In this document: piece after piece, positions 1-8,196 of the stretch
Numbering within the stretch: position 1 is the stretch's first letter
How the letters are laid out: the number at the start of each line of letters is the position of its first letter
Assembly (NCBI RefSeq): GCF_001644705.1
Contig: NZ_CP015137.1
Span: 4,350,001-4,382,000 of the forward strand
DNA: 32,000 nt
Reading direction: 5' to 3'
From: Dickeya solani IPO 2222
GTDB taxonomy: Bacteria; Pseudomonadota; Gammaproteobacteria; Enterobacterales; Enterobacteriaceae
Position numbers and translations under genes: made by a program
The notes under the pieces: generated by a model
What the model saw: only the letters and a program-made list of their open reading frames with translations
Databases searched by the model: none
Told to the model about the DNA's origin: nothing

Positions 1-246
1 AGCAACTCTTCTTCCAGCACGTTTTCGCCGATGATACCCAAATCCACCACGCCATCCATCACCAGCCCCGGAATATCGTCATCGCGTACGCGCAGAATGT
101 CGATAGGCATGTTTTCGGCAAACGCGATCAGGCGTTGCTGCTGCAGGTTGATTTTGATGCCGCAACGGGCCAGCAGTTCCCGGGAGTCGTCGCTCAGGCG
201 GCCTGATTTCTGCATCGCGATACGTAAACGTGTTTTATCCAGCATG
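1..246 (-). CDS. hisG: ATP phosphoribosyltransferase, N-terminal 82 codons (gene runs off the window start)
   Basis: Reverse-strand translation from the ATG at 246-244 gives [82 protein letters not shown], which matches the enterobacterial HisG N-terminus as I remember it. It lies directly downstream of the his leader and attenuator. It is absent from the ORF track because it is truncated. Confidence 0.95.
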
Positions 247-308
247 TGAACCTCAATTTATCCTGTCTGTGATGCCTGTTAAGCAGGCTTTTTTAAAAAA
301 TTCCGGCC

Positions 309-345
309 AAAAAAAAAAGCCCCCGGAATCAATCTTCCGGGGGCT
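309..345 (-). terminator. his operon attenuator terminator
   Basis: On the minus strand, an 11-bp GC-rich stem (AGCCCCCGGAA / TTCCGGGGGCT, plus coordinates 318-328 and 335-345) with a 6-nt loop is followed by about 10 U (plus-strand A-run 309-318). It sits between hisL and hisG. Confidence 0.85.
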
Positions 346-408
346 TTTCTTACGCGTCTACCGCCACTGGAAGATCTGAATGTCTTCCAGCACCTATCGC
401 CTGAAAGA

Positions 409-456
409 CTAGTCAGGGTGATGGTGATGATGGTGGTTGAAGTTAACGCGTAACAT
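409..456 (-). CDS. hisL: his operon leader peptide (MLRVNFNHHHHHHPD)
   Basis: A 15-codon minus-strand ORF plus stop runs ATG TTA CGC GTT AAC TTC AAC CAC CAT CAT CAC CAT CAC CCT GAC TAG, with six consecutive His codons. It lies upstream of the attenuator hairpin and hisG. Confidence 0.9.
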   Translation of the reverse strand: MLRVNFNHHHHHHPD

Positions 457-503
457 GAATTCGTCTCTTTGTCGTCAAAGTAGAGTGATGTTGTCTGTTG
501 GTT

Positions 504-533
504 AACCTAAACCATGTTGATGTGATAGCGCAA
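504..533 (-). promoter_or_regulatory. candidate his promoter (-10 TAGGTT, -35 TTGCGC, 18-nt spacer)
   Basis: The minus strand reads TTGCGC-N18-TAGGTT about 48 nt upstream of the hisL ATG. TAGGTT is the -10 hexamer I recall for the E. coli/Salmonella his promoter. The -35 match and the spacing are imperfect. Confidence 0.4.
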
Positions 534-669
534 CATTTTTTTACCCACCGTGTACAAATCATGTTGTATACAAATCACATTACCGCCAGATGGGCGATAA
601 GGGTACATAATGAAAAGCGCAGAGTATTCATCCGGGGAACAGAAACACCGGGAGGTCAGGAGAACGACG

Positions 670-1491
670 ATGAAAAAGGTAGCGATAATCGGACTTGGCT
701 GGCTGGGTATGCCGCTGGCGCTGGCGTTGCAGAGCCGGGGGTATCGGGTGGTGGGCAGCAAAAGCACCGATGATGGCGTGATGGCAGCGCGGCTGTCCGG
801 TGTGGAGTGCTATCGGCTATGCCTGACGCCGGAACTGGAGTGCGAGCCGGACGAACTGGACATACTGCTGAACGTGGACGCGCTGATTGTCACCCTACCG
901 CCGGGGCGCCTTGAGCGGGAAGGCGGCGCTTATCTGCAGGCGGTGCAGCAGGTGGTCAACAGCGCGCTGGCGCTGGGGGTGCCGCGGATTATGTACACCA
1001 GCTCCATTTCGGTCTACGGACCGCTCGGCGGCCGGGTGAGAGAAAACAGTCCGTTACAGCCGGAAACCGGGACGGGCAGGGTTTTGCTGGCGCTGGAGCA
1101 GTGGCTGCACGCGTTGCCTCATACCGAGGTGGATATTTTGCGGTTGGCCGGACTGGTGGGAAGCCATCGCCATCCGGGGCGTTTTCTCGCCGGGCGGCGC
1201 GATCTGCCGGATGGTAGTCACGGCGTGAATCTGGTCCATTTGGAAGACGTGATCGGCGCTATTACGCTGTTGCTGCAGCGTCCGCATGGCGGGCATCTTT
1301 ACAACCTGTGCGCGCCGGCGCATCCGGCTAAACAGGATTTCTATCCGGCGCAGGCGCGCCAGATGGGGCTGGAGCCGCCACAGTTTCTGCCGGGCGACCC
1401 AGCGCAGGCCAGATTGATTGACGGGCAACGGATCTGCAGCGAACTGGGGTTTGAGTATCAGCACCCGGACCCCATGACGATGGTGTTTTAA
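670..1491 (+). CDS. yeeZ: NAD(P)-binding SDR/epimerase-family protein YeeZ
   Basis: MKKVAIIGLGWLGMPLALALQSRGYRVVGSKSTDDG... is collinear with E. coli YeeZ, including DILRLAGLVG..RHPGRF and GVNLVHLEDVIGAITLLLQ. An AGGAG Shine-Dalgarno sequence lies 7 nt before the ATG at 670. The ORF-track start at 610 adds 20 non-homologous residues. Confidence 0.85.
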   Translation: MKKVAIIGLGWLGMPLALALQSRGYRVVGSKSTDDGVMAARLSGVECYRLCLTPELECEPDELDILLNVDALIVTLPPGRLEREGGAYLQAVQQVVNSALALGVPRIMYTSSISVYGPLGGRVRENSPLQPETGTGRVLLALEQWLHALPHTEVDILRLAGLVGSHRHPGRFLAGRRDLPDGSHGVNLVHLEDVIGAITLLLQRPHGGHLYNLCAPAHPAKQDFYPAQARQMGLEPPQFLPGDPAQARLIDGQRICSELGFEYQHPDPMTMVF

Positions 1492-1550
1492 AGCGGGATG
1501 GCGGTTGTTCCCTCATTAACATCCGTCATCTCTGATGTTCGGGTATAGAC

Positions 1551-1583
1551 AAAAAGAAGCGGCCCGCCAGGAGCGGACCGCTT
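1551..1583 (-). terminator. Rho-independent terminator of the MCP gene
   Basis: The minus strand reads AAGCGGTCCGC-TCCTG-GCGGGCCGCTT (11-bp stem with one G.U pair) followed by CTTTTT. It lies 55 nt downstream of the MCP stop codon. Confidence 0.65.
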
Positions 1584-1638
1584 GTCAGGATAACGCCGGA
1601 ACGATCAAATCAGAGCGTTCACGAACGGTCCAGTGCGA

Positions 1639-3603
1639 TCAAAAGGAAGCCCAGTCATTCTGATGATCTTTGCCGGCCGGTTTAGCTAATGCTTTAGTCT
1701 TACCGGCGGCGGGCAGGGCCTGCAGTGGGCGGCGCGGGTTATTTAGCGGAGCCGGGCGTGGTGACGGCGCCGAGGATTCGGACAGCCGGAACGTAGCAAC
1801 CAGTTTTTCCAGCAGCATCGCCTGTTCTTCCAACGTATTGGCGGCAGAGGATGACTGCGAGACCAGCGCGGCGTTTTGCTGTGTGGTGCTGTCCAGTTCG
1901 GTGATGGCGCGGGAGATCTGTTCGATACCGCGGCTTTGCTCTTCTGAGGCGGAAGAGATTTCGCCCATAATGTCGTTAACGCGGGATACCGAGTTGACGA
2001 TGCTCCCCATGGTTTGTCCCGCTTCCGCCACCAGCGTACTGCCGGCATTGGTTCTTTCCACCGATTCAGCGATCAGGGCGGCGATATCCTTGGCGGCCTG
2101 GGAACTGCGTTGGGAGAGACTACGCACCTCGCCGGCCACCACGGCAAAACCGCGCCCTTGTTCACCGGCACGCGCGGCTTCCACGGCGGCATTCAGCGCC
2201 AGGATGTTGGTCTGGAAGGCGATGCTATTAATGACGGCAGTGATATCGGCGATTTTCCGCGAGCTGGCGGCGATATCATCCATTGTTTTCACCACGTTTT
2301 GCACCACTTCGCCGCCTTTATGCGCATTTTTCGACGCGTCGGAGGCAATTTGGCTGGCATGGCGGGCGTTTTCGGTGTTGTTTTTCACCGTTGAGGTCAG
2401 TTCTTCCATGCTGGCGGCGGTTTGCACCACGGCGGCGGATTGTTGTTCAGTTCGGGAGGCGAGATCGCTGTTGCCGGCGGCAATGTCGGCGGCAGAATGG
2501 GTGACATGACCCACGCTGTCGCGGACATCGGAAATCATCTGACGCAGACGATCGTTCATGGCTGCCATGGCGGCGGTCAGTTTGCCCAGCTCATCGTGAC
2601 GATCCACTTCGATAGTCGCGGTCAGGTCGCCGCTGGCGATACGTTCCGCCAGCATCAGATTATGCATTACCGGGCGGGTGATCTGGCGAATGATATAGAC
2701 GGCAATCAGGATACCGATTACCACGGCGATCAACCCGATCAACAGCGTAATGTTGGCCGAACCGTACGCCAGCGCATCGTTCTGGTTTTTCACCGTCGTG
2801 ATCAGGGACTTGATCACTGCGCTGCTTTTATCCCCGCCGGTCTTCACCGCATTTTCCGCTTTTTTCAAATCACTCCAGGCACGAGAGTAGTCCTGATTCT
2901 GCACGGCGTATTGCCCGGTGTATTTCCACAGCGCTTCCGCCAGTTTCTGCGTGTCGCCGGAAAGCGTCGGCAGCAAGGCCTGATAAGCCTTCTGCACCTC
3001 GGCGTAGCGGCTGTTAAACGCCTTGGCGGCGTCGTCAGTGCCGGTAAGCTGCAATTCATACGAGAGGTTTTTCAGCGATGTCGTGGCGTAAGCCAATTCC
3101 TCGACGCGCTGGTACAACGCGTTGTCCAGTTGCTGGTTTTGCAGGCCGTCGCGAAAACTTTTGACGGCATCCTGCGCATTCAGCGTGGCGACCTGCTTTC
3201 TCAGCGCGACGACCTGTTGCGTGGCGGTTGACATATCTGCGACCGCTTTCTGGAAATCCACCATGATCTTGTCCAGATCGTTGATGTAACCGAGCTCGTC
3301 GCTGTGCCAGGAGAGTGTGTGGGCGCTTTGGGTCAGGTCGGCGGCGTGTTTGACGAAACCGGTCAGAACGGCTTGGGTACTGTCGTCCGGGGTATAGAAA
3401 TATTTCAGGCGGTTGATTTTGGCCTGGAAGACCTCAATGTTGATGTTGTAAATCAGATTGGTTTTTTCGTAGATATCGCGAATATCACGAAAGCGTATGG
3501 CGCTGAGTGAGGAAGCCATCACCACCAGTAATAACACTACGCCGAATCCCAAGTAGAGTTTGTGAGAAATTTTGGTATTTTTTATCGTGCTGCTGAACCC
3601 CAT
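1639..3603 (-). CDS. methyl-accepting chemotaxis protein with a roughly 248-aa helical periplasmic domain, HAMP and MCP signalling domains, and a C-terminal xWxxF tail
   Basis: TM1 spans about residues 15-36 and TM2 about 285-305. A HAMP region follows (RQITRPV...DELGKL). The highly conserved signalling hairpin is present ([36 protein letters not shown]). The C-terminus ends in DWASF, which resembles the NWETF CheR/CheB docking pentapeptide. Confidence 0.95.
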   Translation of the reverse strand: MGFSSTIKNTKISHKLYLGFGVVLLLVVMASSLSAIRFRDIRDIYEKTNLIYNINIEVFQAKINRLKYFYTPDDSTQAVLTGFVKHAADLTQSAHTLSWHSDELGYINDLDKIMVDFQKAVADMSTATQQVVALRKQVATLNAQDAVKSFRDGLQNQQLDNALYQRVEELAYATTSLKNLSYELQLTGTDDAAKAFNSRYAEVQKAYQALLPTLSGDTQKLAEALWKYTGQYAVQNQDYSRAWSDLKKAENAVKTGGDKSSAVIKSLITTVKNQNDALAYGSANITLLIGLIAVVIGILIAVYIIRQITRPVMHNLMLAERIASGDLTATIEVDRHDELGKLTAAMAAMNDRLRQMISDVRDSVGHVTHSAADIAAGNSDLASRTEQQSAAVVQTAASMEELTSTVKNNTENARHASQIASDASKNAHKGGEVVQNVVKTMDDIAASSRKIADITAVINSIAFQTNILALNAAVEAARAGEQGRGFAVVAGEVRSLSQRSSQAAKDIAALIAESVERTNAGSTLVAEAGQTMGSIVNSVSRVNDIMGEISSASEEQSRGIEQISRAITELDSTTQQNAALVSQSSSAANTLEEQAMLLEKLVATFRLSESSAPSPRPAPLNNPRRPLQALPAAGKTKALAKPAGKDHQNDWASF

Positions 3604-3708
3604 TGCCGTACTCCTTGAAATAAATTACCTGAGTGTTGTTATTGGTTTGGTCTGGTGCCGTGAACATCGGTGATACAAGCCGTCGCTTTGTGACGCCCGG
3701 CCAGTGTG

Positions 3709-3736
3709 TTATCGGTGCTTGTAGTGTAGAGATTTA
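3709..3736 (-). promoter_or_regulatory. candidate sigma28 (FliA) promoter for the MCP gene
   Basis: The minus strand reads TAAA-N16-ACCGATAA, against the consensus TAAA-N15-GCCGATAA. It lies about 100 nt upstream of the MCP ATG. The spacer is one nt longer than consensus and there is one mismatch in the -10 element. Confidence 0.5.
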
Positions 3737-3991
3737 GGTGTATTTACGCTGTTTGATAGTTTTTTGTGACGTGAGGTGGTTTATCTGGAGAAATGCCTGG
3801 GCAGGTTAGGTCTATTGACTGAATCTGCGCCCTCGACCGGAAAAGCGTCATGTTATGGCTCACCGAACTGCCGCCCACCGAACTGCTGCCCATCGAAGCC
3901 CTCTGACGTCACGGCGGTTGACTGGGAGAACGCCAATACCGGCGAGAGGCGGCCAGCATGGCGTACAGGAAAGGGCGTTCGGACGTGCGGG

Positions 3992-4717
3992 TCAGTCCAG
4001 GTATTTTTTGCGGTAAAGACGCCGGGGGTGGCCAATCTTGCCGTAGCGCATTTCTACATCCAGAAAATGGTTTTCGAGCCCGAACTCCAGATAACGCCGT
4101 GCCGTGGTTTTGCTTAATCCAGTTTTCTCCACTACGTCATCTACGGAGAACAGGGCTTCCGGCTCGTCCTGAAAGATCTGTTTGATCAGACTGAGGGTGT
4201 TTTCTTCAATGCCTTTGCTGCCGGGCCCGTTAGGCACGGTAGACGCCTGCAACTGGTAAAGCACGTCCACATTCTGCTGATCGACGACCTTGTAGGTATG
4301 CTGGGTTTTGACGAACTGGATAAAGCGTTCCAGCGATGAGCGTAGCCGCGGGTAGGACACCGGTTTGATGATGTAATCAAAGGCGCCGCACCGGATGGCT
4401 TGCGCACAGGTATTCATGTCGCTGGCGGCGGTGATGAAAATTACCGAACAGTTGATGCTGCGCATCAGGTCGCTTTCGATAAGCTGAACGCCTTCGCCGT
4501 CCGGCAGGTAGTTATCCAGCAGCATCAGCCGGGGTTTGTACTGTTGCAGCATGCGTTTGGCTTCGTTCAGGGTTGATGCAGTGCCTACCACCCGCAGCGC
4601 GAAATTCTTTTCGATAAATTCCGCGTGGATATTTGCCAGCTTTCTTTCATCTTCAACGATCAGTACATCGAAGTTTTCAATGGATCGCTCAGTCGGCATG
4701 GTGCTCGCAATCGGCAT
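3992..4717 (-). CDS. citB: CitB/DpiA-family response regulator (receiver plus C-terminal HTH)
   Basis: FDVLIVEDE...LLDNYLPDGEG...FITAASD...FDYIIKP is a CitB/DcuR-type receiver domain. The C-terminal TTARRYLEF helix-turn-helix is present. The gene lies 24 nt downstream of the CitA-type kinase. An alternative start at 4699 (MPTERS...) is possible. Confidence 0.9.
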   Translation of the reverse strand: MPIASTMPTERSIENFDVLIVEDERKLANIHAEFIEKNFALRVVGTASTLNEAKRMLQQYKPRLMLLDNYLPDGEGVQLIESDLMRSINCSVIFITAASDMNTCAQAIRCGAFDYIIKPVSYPRLRSSLERFIQFVKTQHTYKVVDQQNVDVLYQLQASTVPNGPGSKGIEENTLSLIKQIFQDEPEALFSVDDVVEKTGLSKTTARRYLEFGLENHFLDVEMRYGKIGHPRRLYRKKYLD

Positions 4718-4741
4718 GGTATGCGTATTCCCTGTTTTTGG

Positions 4742-6337
4742 TTATATGGTGTTTTTCGGAATGAAAATAGAAAAAATAGCGCCGTGAGGCGAATTATCAG
4801 AAACCTCGATCACGCCCTGTGCCTGGCTGACATAGCTGGAAACCAGATGCAGACCCAGCCCGTGATCGCCTTCCTGTTTGCTGGTGACGCCCATTTCAAA
4901 TACCCGATCCACAATGGCGGGGTCAATCCCTGTACCTTGATCGGCCACTTCAATGACCAGTTCCTGCTCACCATCGTGGATATACACTTCGACAGGATGG
5001 TGAACCGGGGTACTGGCCAACGTGGCTTCTACCGCATTATCGATTAAATTCCCAATAATTGACATCAACTCTGTTTCGCTAAGGGAGGCGGGGATGCCGT
5101 TGAGCTGGCAGCGTGGATCAAAGCGCAGTTCAATGCCTTTTTCACGGGCGCTGGCGTATTTGCCCAGCAGCAGGCCGCAAAGCGCAGGGGAGCAAAAGCG
5201 GCTGGAGATAAAATCCAGCACCACCTGCGCCCCTTCGGACTGTGCCTCAATGTAACGCACGGCTTCGTCATAACGGCGTAAGTGCAACAGCCCGGCCAAT
5301 GTGGCGGTCCAGTTCAGCTGTTCGTGCCGCAGAATGCGCAGGCTGTTGGCGTAGCGCTTCACCTGGCTGAGCTGCATGCTCAGGGTGTGGAGATCGTTCT
5401 TGTCGCGAAAGCTGATCACCCAACCCTGCAATTCGTCCTCCAGCATAATGCGCACGCGGCTGGCGATGACCGTAATCTGGTTGAAGCGGCAGATCTCATC
5501 ATGGGTATCGTTGACCCATATATCTTGATTGGAGAAAAACGGCACCGGCGCAATCACGTCATCGATCGGTTTGCCGCGCAGTTGATACGAGGGCATCATC
5601 AGGCCCAGCAGATCTTTGGCCGCATGGTTGATTACCGCGATATTGCGTTGTTTGTCGATGGCGATCACGCCTTCATAAATGGATTCCAGCAGCGCTTTTT
5701 GCTGCCTGACCAGCAGCCGGATTTCCAGCGGCTCCAGCCCGAACATTTGTTTTTTTAGGTTACGGGAGAACCACCAGGAAAAGAAGAACAGCGCGACCAG
5801 CATGGCGACGATAGCCAGGCCGACATGAGCAACCTTGCTGAATGTCAGGTTGTCGATACGCTTTTTCAGATACCCCACCGATACAATGCCGATAACCTGA
5901 TCGCCCTCCATGATCGGCGCTTTGCTGCGCAGTGAGATGCCGATGGCGCCACGCCGTAGCGTGATGGTGCTTTGCCCTTCCAGCACCTCTTTGTTATCGC
6001 CGCCGATCATTTCGGTGCCGAGCAGCGAGGGTTCTTCCGAATGATAAAGGTGGGTGGCGTTGCGATCGCCGATGACGATAAAACTGGCGTCGCTGCGCGC
6101 CTTGATTTGGTCGACCAGGTCGTCGATGGTGGCGGTGTCGCCGTGTTTCACTGCATCAACCAGCGAGGGAATAATCGCGATTTCACGCGCCTGAATCTGC
6201 GCCCGGCTGCCCAGTTCGTCATAGAGTTGCTGGTCTACCGCCCGGTAATAGTAAAGCCCTGCGGTGATAAGCAGCAGAGAAAAAAAGATCATCAGGTAGA
6301 TGAACAGCTTGAGATGGAACGGTAGCCTGACAGCCAT
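4742..6337 (-). CDS. citA: CitA/DpiB-family sensor histidine kinase (periplasmic PAS citrate sensor type)
   Basis: Two transmembrane segments flank a periplasmic domain containing R..H...(G)..SLRSKAPI, which resembles the CitA citrate-binding motif SLRGKSPI rather than the DcuS motif ALRVFTPI (from memory). A cytoplasmic PAS domain follows, then an H-box LRHEQLNW, an N-box GNLIDNAVEA, and G-boxes DQGTGI and GLGLHLV. Confidence 0.9.
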   Translation of the reverse strand: MAVRLPFHLKLFIYLMIFFSLLLITAGLYYYRAVDQQLYDELGSRAQIQAREIAIIPSLVDAVKHGDTATIDDLVDQIKARSDASFIVIGDRNATHLYHSEEPSLLGTEMIGGDNKEVLEGQSTITLRRGAIGISLRSKAPIMEGDQVIGIVSVGYLKKRIDNLTFSKVAHVGLAIVAMLVALFFFSWWFSRNLKKQMFGLEPLEIRLLVRQQKALLESIYEGVIAIDKQRNIAVINHAAKDLLGLMMPSYQLRGKPIDDVIAPVPFFSNQDIWVNDTHDEICRFNQITVIASRVRIMLEDELQGWVISFRDKNDLHTLSMQLSQVKRYANSLRILRHEQLNWTATLAGLLHLRRYDEAVRYIEAQSEGAQVVLDFISSRFCSPALCGLLLGKYASAREKGIELRFDPRCQLNGIPASLSETELMSIIGNLIDNAVEATLASTPVHHPVEVYIHDGEQELVIEVADQGTGIDPAIVDRVFEMGVTSKQEGDHGLGLHLVSSYVSQAQGVIEVSDNSPHGAIFSIFIPKNTI

Positions 6338-6575
6338 AATGTGCTAATCACCGGTAAACCACGGAAACGAAGATGGCTAATTTATCATGAAAGGCGTACA
6401 AGAAAGGGTATAAAAAATAGTCTTGTGAAGCGCTCCGCGTAAATTGTGAAAATAGTATTCTTATTTCTGTGATTTTAAATAAAGCGTAAATTAAGTGTCA
6501 CCGGGAGAGGACATTTTAATTACTTTTTCTCAACATATAATTCTCTTATCGGAATAAGGACCATTCATTCCATAG

Positions 6576-6590
6576 AAACCATAAAAACCA
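6576..6590 (+). repeat. direct repeat copy 1, AAACCATAAAAACCA
   Basis: This is an exact 15-mer that recurs at 6651-6665. Confidence 0.9.
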
Positions 6591-6650
6591 CGAAAATAAC
6601 CCTCGCCAAAAATTCTTTTATTTTATTGATTTTTAATCAAAAATTAATAA

Positions 6651-6665
6651 AAACCATAAAAACCA
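6651..6665 (+). repeat. direct repeat copy 2, AAACCATAAAAACCA (extends to three ACCAT units)
   Basis: This is an exact copy of 6576-6590. The local sequence aaaACCATaaaaACCATaagcACCATtaaaa carries ACCAT at 8-9 bp spacing. Confidence 0.9.
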
Positions 6666-6764
6666 TAAGCACCATTAAAACTCATTTTTTAATTTGAAGA
6701 TTGTCACATAATAATTGATGTCGACCTCTTACTATGCACGGGAAAATAACAAGGGGAGAAAGTT

Positions 6765-8132
6765 ATGAGTACCACTGATGATTCCTATATCGTTGTGAAA
6801 GAGGAGACCTCTGGGAAGGTTTCATTAAAAGAAAGATGGTGGCACATTCTTGATAATTACAAGATTGGCGTTATTCCGCTGCCGCTGTTTGTTCTGGCCG
6901 GGGTGTTGATTACGCTGGAGTGTCTGGAAGGCAAACTGCCGAGCGATATCGTGGTGATGGTTGCCACGCTGGCGTTCTTCGGTTTTGCCTGCGGCGAGTT
7001 CGGCAAACGTCTGCCGCTTGTCGGCAAAATGGGGGCGGCGGCTATCTGTGCCACCTTTATTCCTTCCGCACTGGTGTATTACGGTCTGCTGCCGCAGGTG
7101 GTGGTGGACTCTACCACCAAGTTCTACAAATCCACCAACATTCTGTACCTGTATATCTGCTGCATTATCGTCGGCAGCATCATGAGCATGAACCGGCAGA
7201 CGCTGATTCAGGGCTTCTTGCGAATTTTCTTCCCCATGCTGTGCGGTGAAGTGGTTGGCATGATTGTCGGTATGGGCGTCGGGATGGCGCTGGGTCTGGA
7301 ACCGTTCCAGATTTTCTTCTTCCTGGTGCTGCCGATCATGGCTGGCGGCGTGGGCGAAGGGGCGATTCCGCTTTCGATTGGCTATGCCGCGCTACTGCAT
7401 ATGGAACAAGGTGTCGCGCTGGGTCGTATCCTGCCGATCGTCATGTTGGGCAGCCTGACCGCCATTATTATCGCCGGCGTACTGAATCAACTGGGTAAAC
7501 GCTATCCGCACCTGACCGGTGAAGGCGAGTTGATGCCGAACAAGACGAACGGCATCGAACAGACGCCGGCTTCGTTGACCAGTGCTCTGAGCGGCAAGAT
7601 GGACCCGGCCAATCTGGCGGCGGGCGCGCTGTTGGCCATCCTGCTCTACATGGTAGGGATGTTGGGCTTCAAATGGATCGGTCTGCCGGCGCCGGTAGGC
7701 ATGCTGTTCGCCGCGGTCATCGTAAAACTGATCAATGGTGCCTCTCCGCGTCTGCTGGAAGGTTCTCAGGTGGTTTACAAATTCTTCCAGACATCGGTGA
7801 CCTACCCGATTCTGTTTGCCGTCGGTGTGGCTATCACGCCGTGGCAAGAGCTGGTGCATGCGTTCACCATTACCAATCTGCTGGTGATTGTCTCTACCGT
7901 GACGGCACTGGTGACGACCGGTTTCTTCGTTGGCAAGAAAATCGGTATGCATCCGATTGATGTTGCGATCGTGTCCTGCTGCCAGAGCGGGCAGGGCGGT
8001 ACCGGTGATGTGGCGATTCTCACCGCCGGTAACCGTATGGTGCTGATGCCGTTCGCTCAGATTGCCACCCGTATCGGTGGGGCAATTAACGTCTCCGTGG
8101 CCTTGCTGGTTCTTGGCAAGTTCCTGGTGTGA
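6765..8132 (+). CDS. citS: 2-hydroxycarboxylate transporter (2-HCT) family citrate carrier (CitS/CitW-like)
   Basis: This is a 455-aa polytopic membrane protein. It has 2-HCT hallmarks as I recall them from K. pneumoniae CitS (LPIMAGGVGEGAIPLS; C-terminal GQGGTGDVAILTAGNRM...AQIATRIGG). A good Shine-Dalgarno sequence (AAGGGGAG) is present. The context is a citrate-lyase operon. Coupling ion and mode (Na+, H+ or acetate antiport) cannot be told from the sequence. Confidence 0.88.
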   Translation: MSTTDDSYIVVKEETSGKVSLKERWWHILDNYKIGVIPLPLFVLAGVLITLECLEGKLPSDIVVMVATLAFFGFACGEFGKRLPLVGKMGAAAICATFIPSALVYYGLLPQVVVDSTTKFYKSTNILYLYICCIIVGSIMSMNRQTLIQGFLRIFFPMLCGEVVGMIVGMGVGMALGLEPFQIFFFLVLPIMAGGVGEGAIPLSIGYAALLHMEQGVALGRILPIVMLGSLTAIIIAGVLNQLGKRYPHLTGEGELMPNKTNGIEQTPASLTSALSGKMDPANLAAGALLAILLYMVGMLGFKWIGLPAPVGMLFAAVIVKLINGASPRLLEGSQVVYKFFQTSVTYPILFAVGVAITPWQELVHAFTITNLLVIVSTVTALVTTGFFVGKKIGMHPIDVAIVSCCQSGQGGTGDVAILTAGNRMVLMPFAQIATRIGGAINVSVALLVLGKFLV

Positions 8133-8196
8133 CGGTTGTATGACAAAAACAAATAACGCCGCGATAGCAAGCGGCCTTATTTAAACGGGAAAGATT

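Larger units (their letters stand above)
6338..6764. promoter_or_regulatory. divergent citA / citS control region, strongly AT-rich and repeat-containing
   Basis: This 427-bp non-coding spacer lies between the divergent citA and citS starts. By eye it is far more AT-rich than the flanking genes. It contains 15-bp direct repeats, an inverted repeat and a CRP-like half-palindrome (see findings). Confidence 0.7.

Noticed and set aside
274-294. A small hairpin, GCCTG-TTAAG-CAGGC, followed by a T-run on the plus strand lies between the his attenuator and hisG.
   Set aside because: The stem is only 5 bp. It is on the strand antisense to the his operon, with nothing upstream to terminate. It is probably fortuitous or part of the his leader-to-hisG spacer.
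3776-4117. A 113-aa plus-strand ORF spans the MCP / citB intergenic region and runs into the 3' end of citB.
   Set aside because: It overlaps the well-supported citB gene in antisense. It has no family resemblance and contains the region better explained as the MCP promoter.
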